Of a stretch of 63,353 nt of DNA, positions 58,104 to 63,353 are shown one piece after another. The notes under the pieces are model-generated. The model saw nothing but the letters and a program-made list of their open reading frames with translations, searched no databases and was not told the DNA's origin. The translations under genes and the position numbers were made by a program. Source of the stretch: a virus (taxonomy: Duplodnaviria > Heunggongvirae > Uroviricota > Caudoviricetes). Each line of letters starts with the position of its first letter. Within the stretch, counting starts at the first letter, position 1. Location: IMG/VR virus record IMGVR_UViG_3300012324_000010; one strand, given 5' to 3'.

Positions 58104-60183
58104 AGTTATTCTCCTTTGAAATTCCATGGTGCTCCATCAAGGTTTTGCGTGGGGAAGAATCATCATCCATCAAAGCTTCCATAACTTCCCTGATGATTTC
58201 AACCTGCTTTTTAATATTGATCTCTTCTTCCTCTTTGGCTTGAGCATGTTCTACAGCTTCTTTAGCATCCTCAATAGATACTTGATGAATAACCCTTGTA
58301 TGAGGATTCATCACAGTATTTTCAAAGTCATCAGAGTTCATCTGTCCTAGACCTTTAAAACGCTCTACTGCATGCTCAGGAACAACTTTCTTTCCAAACA
58401 CTTCCTTTTTCTTCTCATCTCTTTCCTCAGGGGAATAAGCATACTCAATCTTGTTCTTACCCCTAATAGCATAAAGTGGAGACTTTGCTACATAGAGATA
58501 CCCTTCTGCAAGCAAGGCTGGCATCATCTTGTAAAAAATGGTAATAATCAGGTTTTCAATGTGCTTTCCATCAGCATCAGCATCAGCAGCAATAATGATC
58601 TTGTCATAGTTAGACTTCTTTGGATCACATTCTGTTCTAATACCTGCACCAATAGAATCAATGATTCCTGATACCTCAGCATTGGCACCGATCTTTTTAT
58701 CTACAGCCTTGATAACATTAAGGATCTTTCCCTTGATAGGGAACACTGCTTGAAAATCAGAATCACGTGCTGACTTAATAGTTCCACCTGCAGATTCACC
58801 CTCACAGATATAAAGTTCAGCACCCATACCTGGTTCTGAATACCTACAATCTGTAAGCTTTGCAGGAACAGTAACCTGCCTTCCAAAACGTTTTTCATCT
58901 TGCTTGCTTCTAGAACGCTTCTTAGCTGCTTCCATAGACTTCTTTTCACGAGATAGAGCCAAAGCAGCCTTGCCCCAGGCAACAAGAGCCTTATTGTTCT
59001 TCCTGGAAGACACCCAAGACTTCATCTCTTTATCTACAGCCTTCTTTAGCTGTCTTCCCAGTGGCTGTGAGGATACAGCAGCTTTCTCCTGTCCTTTCAT
59101 GGCAATATCAGCACCACGAACAGAAACTACCATATCCATAGTAGAGATGAAATCCTTATCCTCAAAGTTATCACCCTTCTTCTTGCCAATTCCACGCAAA
59201 CTAGGAACTTTAGAAGATAGTGCTGCAGCAATAGCATTAGCTGCATTATTGACGTGAGTTCCACCATCTACATTGTAGATACCGTTGACAAACCCATAAG
59301 TCTTTCCCTGTCCTAGTGGATTGATGCGAGCTGTAACCTCCCAAGAAAAAGCACGAGTTACACCCTTCCTAATATTAAATTCGCCTTCACCAGAAATGGT
59401 AAAAGTCTCATCATCTTCTACACCAGTAATATCTTTCAAAAGAGGAACAGTACCATTGTCTTTTTCACCTACAGTAGTAACAGTTTTCCCATCGCGGTGA
59501 ATATTTAATGTGGATCCAGGGGTGAGATGACCATGGTAGCGAATAAGATCCAAAACACTATCTAGATGAAATTCAAAGCCCTCTAGAAGCTCTTTATCAA
59601 AAGACCACCGCACAGAAGTACCATTAGGTTGGGTGGTTTTCTTTCCCTCTTTTTCTAGCTTCCTAGGTGAGGAATCCTCAACAAACTCTGCTAGAGGATC
59701 AAAGTCTTTACCCTTGAACTTTCCTGGCTTTCCCTGTTTGAACTGTTGAGTATAAGACTTCTTATCTCTTGTAGAAGTAACATCAAAACGAGTAGAGACA
59801 GCATTGGCTCCAGCACCACCCTCGCCGTTAGTACCAGCATTTGCTACCACAGCATCAGAACCATGGTGGAAGTTTCTACCAGCACCAGAAGTACCTAGGG
59901 TGAGAATAATACCGTTGGTGTCATACTTTTCAGACCAGTCAAAGGGAACACCACGCCCATTGTCTACAATTTCAAAGTCATTATCCCCATGAATATAAAC
60001 ATTTACCTCATTGGCAAAACCACCTGATACCTCATCAAAAGCGTTATCAGCAATCTCCCTAAATGCTGTATCCATGGGTTCATCACCCAAAGCACGAGAA
60101 GGGCGCAATCTAATATGTTCTAGTCCTTCTGGCTTATCAATATCATCAGTGGTATAACCTTGTGATTTCTTCTTCGTTGTCAT
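58093..60183 (-). CDS. Type IIA topoisomerase subunit B (GyrB/ParE-like)
   Basis: GLEHIRLRP, EIADNAFDE, DNGRGVP, GGTH, KLTDC, EGESA, PIKGKILN, DADADG, RFKGLG. Confidence 0.93.
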   Translation of the reverse strand: MTTKKKSQGYTTDDIDKPEGLEHIRLRPSRALGDEPMDTAFREIADNAFDEVSGGFANEVNVYIHGDNDFEIVDNGRGVPFDWSEKYDTNGIILTLGTSGAGRNFHHGSDAVVANAGTNGEGGAGANAVSTRFDVTSTRDKKSYTQQFKQGKPGKFKGKDFDPLAEFVEDSSPRKLEKEGKKTTQPNGTSVRWSFDKELLEGFEFHLDSVLDLIRYHGHLTPGSTLNIHRDGKTVTTVGEKDNGTVPLLKDITGVEDDETFTISGEGEFNIRKGVTRAFSWEVTARINPLGQGKTYGFVNGIYNVDGGTHVNNAANAIAAALSSKVPSLRGIGKKKGDNFEDKDFISTMDMVVSVRGADIAMKGQEKAAVSSQPLGRQLKKAVDKEMKSWVSSRKNNKALVAWGKAALALSREKKSMEAAKKRSRSKQDEKRFGRQVTVPAKLTDCRYSEPGMGAELYICEGESAGGTIKSARDSDFQAVFPIKGKILNVIKAVDKKIGANAEVSGIIDSIGAGIRTECDPKKSNYDKIIIAADADADGKHIENLIITIFYKMMPALLAEGYLYVAKSPLYAIRGKNKIEYAYSPEERDEKKKEVFGKKVVPEHAVERFKGLGQMNSDDFENTVMNPHTRVIHQVSIEDAKEAVEHAQAKEEEEINIKKQVEIIREVMEALMDDDSSPRKTLMEHHGISKENNYDK

Positions 60184-60487
60184 TGACACCCTCTTCTTAT
60201 ATGAGAATAGTACAGCTATATGTATTTCACAATAGAATATCTTTTTATAATCTGCAAAGATAACATTTCTTTTAAAGAATAGCACATTGCTAAATAGAAT
60301 CAATAGCATGCATTATATACATATCAAAAATGCATACAATACAAAGAGGTATAATCTCATTTTCACCCTTATAGTAAAAAGTTTTTCTCCTGTCAATAGT
60401 TTCTATAAAAATATACCTCTACCAGGTGTTTTACAGTATTTTCCACTGGATAAAAACTAATATTATACACCAATATTTATTATATAG

Positions 60488-60517
60488 TTGACATTTTATA
60501 TGCATAACCTGTATAGT
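60488..60517 (+). promoter_or_regulatory. SigA-like promoter
   Basis: TTGACA-N18-TATAGT upstream of ORF 60584. Confidence 0.65.
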
Positions 60518-60583
60518 TATACATATACGATATCCACTGTATGAAAAACATACATTTTATTCACCAGAAAGGAGGTCACCACA

Positions 60584-60865
60584 ATGGCCAGAAGCAATCT
60601 CTTTGAAGTAGTAGTAGGAATGGCAGCAGTAGACTACATCTTCAACAAAACAGGAAAAGGTACTGGAGGTGGTCCTCTTGCTGGAATGCGAGATATCATC
60701 TCTGATACTGCACGAGAAAATCATGTATCCAAGCGCACCAAAGCACGCATGCGCATGGATAATGGTATCAAGGTAGGAAATACCACACCTACCATCATTG
60801 AATCTGCACAACGTTCTGTAAGTGATGACTTTGATGATATCCCAGGGTACAACCCTTACCGTTAA
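60584..60865 (+). CDS. Small hypothetical protein in its own transcription unit
   Basis: AGAAAGGAGG RBS, promoter, downstream hairpin at 60886-60925. Confidence 0.8.
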   Translation: MARSNLFEVVVGMAAVDYIFNKTGKGTGGGPLAGMRDIISDTARENHVSKRTKARMRMDNGIKVGNTTPTIIESAQRSVSDDFDDIPGYNPYR

Positions 60866-60992
60866 GTGGTAGGTATCCTATATGCAAAAGACCCCTTCTT
60901 TGTACAACATGAGAAGGGGTATTTTACTATCTAGCTGTTTTTATGATTACTCCCATCATTTAACAAGTGGGTTGTACTATTAAAGGAATTGG

Positions 60993-61031
60993 AAAAAGCC
61001 ACACCTATAAAAATGAGGTGTGGCTTTAAAA
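60993..61031. terminator. Terminator hairpin
   Basis: AAAGCCACACCT ... AGGTGTGGCTTT perfect stem. Confidence 0.75.
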
Positions 61032-61043
61032 AGTTTCTATCTC

Positions 61044-61283
61044 TTAGAAGCCCAAGTGAGAAATAACGTGAGTAGCATCAGAAGCAAAGAGACCAAGAGC
61101 ATTGGTGAGATCAGTGTACCATGCACCAAAGAAGTTAACGGCATCAGTGTGGAAACTGTTAACAGCATTGGTGAGCTGATCCTGAGCACCCTGAATAGCA
61201 TAGTCAGCCTGCTCCTGAGCACGCTGAGCCTGAGCAGCAAAACGATCCTGGTAAGTGTTAACAACTTCGTTGAAGTGAGACAT
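61044..61283 (-). CDS. 79 aa helical amphipathic protein
   Basis: AGAAAGG RBS, own terminator, biased codon usage. Confidence 0.75.
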   Translation of the reverse strand: MSHFNEVVNTYQDRFAAQAQRAQEQADYAIQGAQDQLTNAVNSFHTDAVNFFGAWYTDLTNALGLFASDATHVISHLGF

Positions 61284-61660
61284 ATTAAAGCCTTTCTTTT
61301 AAAAATATATGTGTGCAAAGTTCCCACCTCTTTGGTGGAATGTTTATAACATTAGCATACAAAAGTAAAATAGACAAAAATGGGATTATATAAAATCGTT
61401 AGTGCTGTTTATAGTATATTTTTAAGAAACAGTTACTTTTTAGTTTCTAGGAGAAACTACTTGTTTTTCTTTGTTGGTTTGGTTTTAAGGAACAAGAGGA
61501 GACATAGATGATATAGAGGATAAAAAGTAAGGGTGCATTGTGTCCCTTTGAAAGGGAGTAGCCTTATCCTCACATGCTTTGGGAGCATTGGACCAAAAAG
61601 AACACATGGTGTATTTTTTGCGTATCCCCTGCATGCGTAGGGAATACGCAATATGCAGAT

Positions 61661-62137
61661 TCAGCCATCACACTGATTGATGACCTGCAATTTCTGCTCA
61701 ATACTTTGCGCAAGCCGTCGTGCCAAAATGAATTGTGAAGAGTCATTTCCATATCTACTGGCTATATCGTCAAGTCGTTCTTCTATCGTTACTCGTTGAC
61801 CGTCGGAAGAAGTTTGCATATCAGCAAGATTGAGTACAAAAAGTTCATCAGAATCATAAGGAGAATCTGGATTCCCGTGGTAGTAAACCTCACGCCAATG
61901 TTTGTAACCAATTTCGTGCAAATATTCCCCACCAAGCTCTTCATGTTGTCTCTGGTCGGAGGAAAAAGCATACCCTATATCGTGGATAAATCCCAGAATA
62001 AACATGGATCTTGCTTTATGCTCTGGCCATCCGAAGATCTCAACACTGATCTCTTGAGCACGTTCTGCGACCTATCTCATATGAAGTAGGCGATTGTTAG
62101 AAATACCAATCAACTGAGAATCATTTGAATCGGTCAT
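61661..62137 (-). pseudogene. HD-domain phosphohydrolase with an in-frame TAG at 62072-62074
   Basis: MTDSND...NRLLHMR*VAERAQ...GFIHDIGY...H...YHG...ADM; GAGG RBS before ATG 62137. Confidence 0.8.
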
Positions 62138-62570
62138 TTGATACCTCTCTTACAGGCGCTTTTCGTCCTGTTGAACTTTTAGTCTCATGACAAGGGAGTT
62201 CGTCCTTGCCTTCTCCGTCTCTTATTCTACGGGATTACTCTTATTGATGCAAGAAGTATTCTCTCTTGACTAGTTAGAGTTCGAGGTCTGTAAATCGTCC
62301 GTGTGTGTAATCGTCCAAGCTATCGTGGAGTACACGAGAGGTATTAGAGGAATCGTTGTCTTCTCCATCTAGCAGGTCAGCTAGTTGCTCTGCACATAGG
62401 TTTAATGCTTGAACTTCGCCTGTGATACCTTCATTGTTAAAAGGTGTTCCTTATAGTCAATGATTGATGTATCAGTATCTTCACCTGTTCTCGTCCATGA
62501 CGAGAAAATCCCCGCAAGGTTACACCTTGTGGGGTGAGGTTAGTGTTTAAGTAATGCGCTACTCATATGC

Positions 62571-62894
62571 TCATTGGCGTTCTTTAACTTTACACATATA
62601 CTCTCGGTGATAGTCCATGTTTTCTCTATGTGATTTAATACTGGTTATAGCAGTTGCCCAGCTGCAAAGAACAATCAAAGTAGAGGACACGACGGTCGCA
62701 ATGGCAATAGTATGTGCAGTAGTATTGGGTTCGCCAAATGCTAATAAGCCTGTGAATATGAGTATATTGAGTACTAGAGCAATGATGGAAGCACTAGAAC
62801 CTGCAATATAATTTTCCAGTGGTCCTCTTTTATTGCCGAATTTATCAAAAGAGGGAAATAGATTGTTTAGCATTTCTGATAGTTTGTCGAACAT
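62571..62894 (-). CDS. Two-TM membrane protein
   Basis: 107 aa, AAGGAAG RBS, downstream hairpin near 62505-62535. Confidence 0.7.
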   Translation of the reverse strand: MFDKLSEMLNNLFPSFDKFGNKRGPLENYIAGSSASIIALVLNILIFTGLLAFGEPNTTAHTIAIATVVSSTLIVLCSWATAITSIKSHRENMDYHREYMCKVKERQ

Positions 62895-62956
62895 GAATAG
62901 TCACTTCCTTGGGTGTAAAAGATAGGGTGAGATTATTTTCTTTTTTCTTTCAAGAT

Positions 62957-63244
62957 TTACAAGCCTGGACCATGCACCCATTCCCCTGCTGGCGGCGTGC
63001 CGTCTGCTGCCCATGCACGGGGCAGGTCAAAGCGAGGAACAACTTCGTTAAGCCCATACCCCCACTTACCAGCGTCTGGGTGAGGGTGGTCAATAATGGC
63101 TAAGGCTCTCCCGTCATCGGACTCTCGGTATCCGGCGATAATTCCCTCATTGACGGGTGGTTCGTCTAATCGCTCGAAGATGTAGCACCACATTCCTACA
63201 CAGTTGGCGCGTTCTTCTTCGGTCACGTCTGCAAGGGTTCTCAT
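62957..63244 (-). CDS. Higher-GC phage-like hypothetical protein, probably C-terminally truncated
   Basis: MRTLAD...CVGMWC...PRFDLPRAW..DGTPPAGEW; ends at the GC-to-AT junction. Confidence 0.65.
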   Translation of the reverse strand: MRTLADVTEEERANCVGMWCYIFERLDEPPVNEGIIAGYRESDDGRALAIIDHPHPDAGKWGYGLNEVVPRFDLPRAWAADGTPPAGEWVHGPGL

Positions 63245-63353
63245 GCTTTCTCCCAGCTATTTACCCATCGGCGGTGTGTGGTGTTATTTCCGCGTAAGCG
63301 AGTAGTTAACGCCCCTTTGCCAAAGGGTTCGGAGTATTCCCATTCCCCTGCTG
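63241..63353 (-). CDS. Partial paralog of the preceding gene (runs off the window)
   Basis: ...AGEWEYSEPFGKGALTTRLRGNNTTHRRWVNSWEKA*, ATGA overlap with 63244. Confidence 0.6.
   Translation of the reverse strand, partial: AGEWEYSEPFGKGALTTRLRGNNTTHRRWVNSWEKA

Noticed and set aside
894..59992. Numerous short plus-strand and alternate-frame ORFs in the track
   Set aside because: They lie within long, motif-bearing minus-strand genes and show no independent RBS or family motifs
62072..62074. Stop-codon reassignment (TAG readthrough or alternative code)
   Set aside because: Long conserved genes are intact under the standard code and several end in TAG; the neighbouring relic has TAA stops, consistent with decay
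1..63353. Phage virion module, tRNA or rRNA genes
   Set aside because: No terminase, portal, capsid or tail motifs and no cloverleaf or rRNA signatures recognised by eye; they could lie outside the window

Overview
AT-rich (roughly 35-38% GC by eye), CG-dinucleotide-poor DNA in which almost every gene lies on the minus strand. It looks like part of a large extrachromosomal element (megaplasmid or large conjugative element) of an actinobacterial host, probably Corynebacterium-like. The host inference rests on a WhiB protein, a YPDG/Rib surface protein, an actinobacterial-type GrcA and corynephage-like DNA at the right edge. No capsid, terminase, tail, rRNA, tRNA or CRISPR features were recognised. 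The replication and recombination genes are DnaE with two inteins, DnaX, a DnaC/IstB-like ATPase, a YqaJ exonuclease and a two-subunit type IIA topoisomerase. There is also a membrane FtsK/SpoIIIE translocase and a divergent conjugation-like block: replication-relaxation protein, VirD4-like ATPase, a possibly split VirB6-like pair, VirB3-, VirB2- and VirB8-like proteins and a ParA/CpaE ATPase. An envelope-modifying cluster (LCP, DsbA-like, S1 protease, exported HNH nuclease), a TnpB-only IS and a grcA cassette complete the recognisable content. The main unexplained signals are: (1) a strictly oriented AAAGGGACA(C/T)AA motif at many gene junctions; (2) a 99-bp piece of ftsK copied in frame into an acidic protein, plus catalytically dead FtsK-like domains; (3) a topoisomerase lacking both quinolone-bridge residues; (4) strong CG depletion. 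All family calls come from motif recognition by eye, not database searches.
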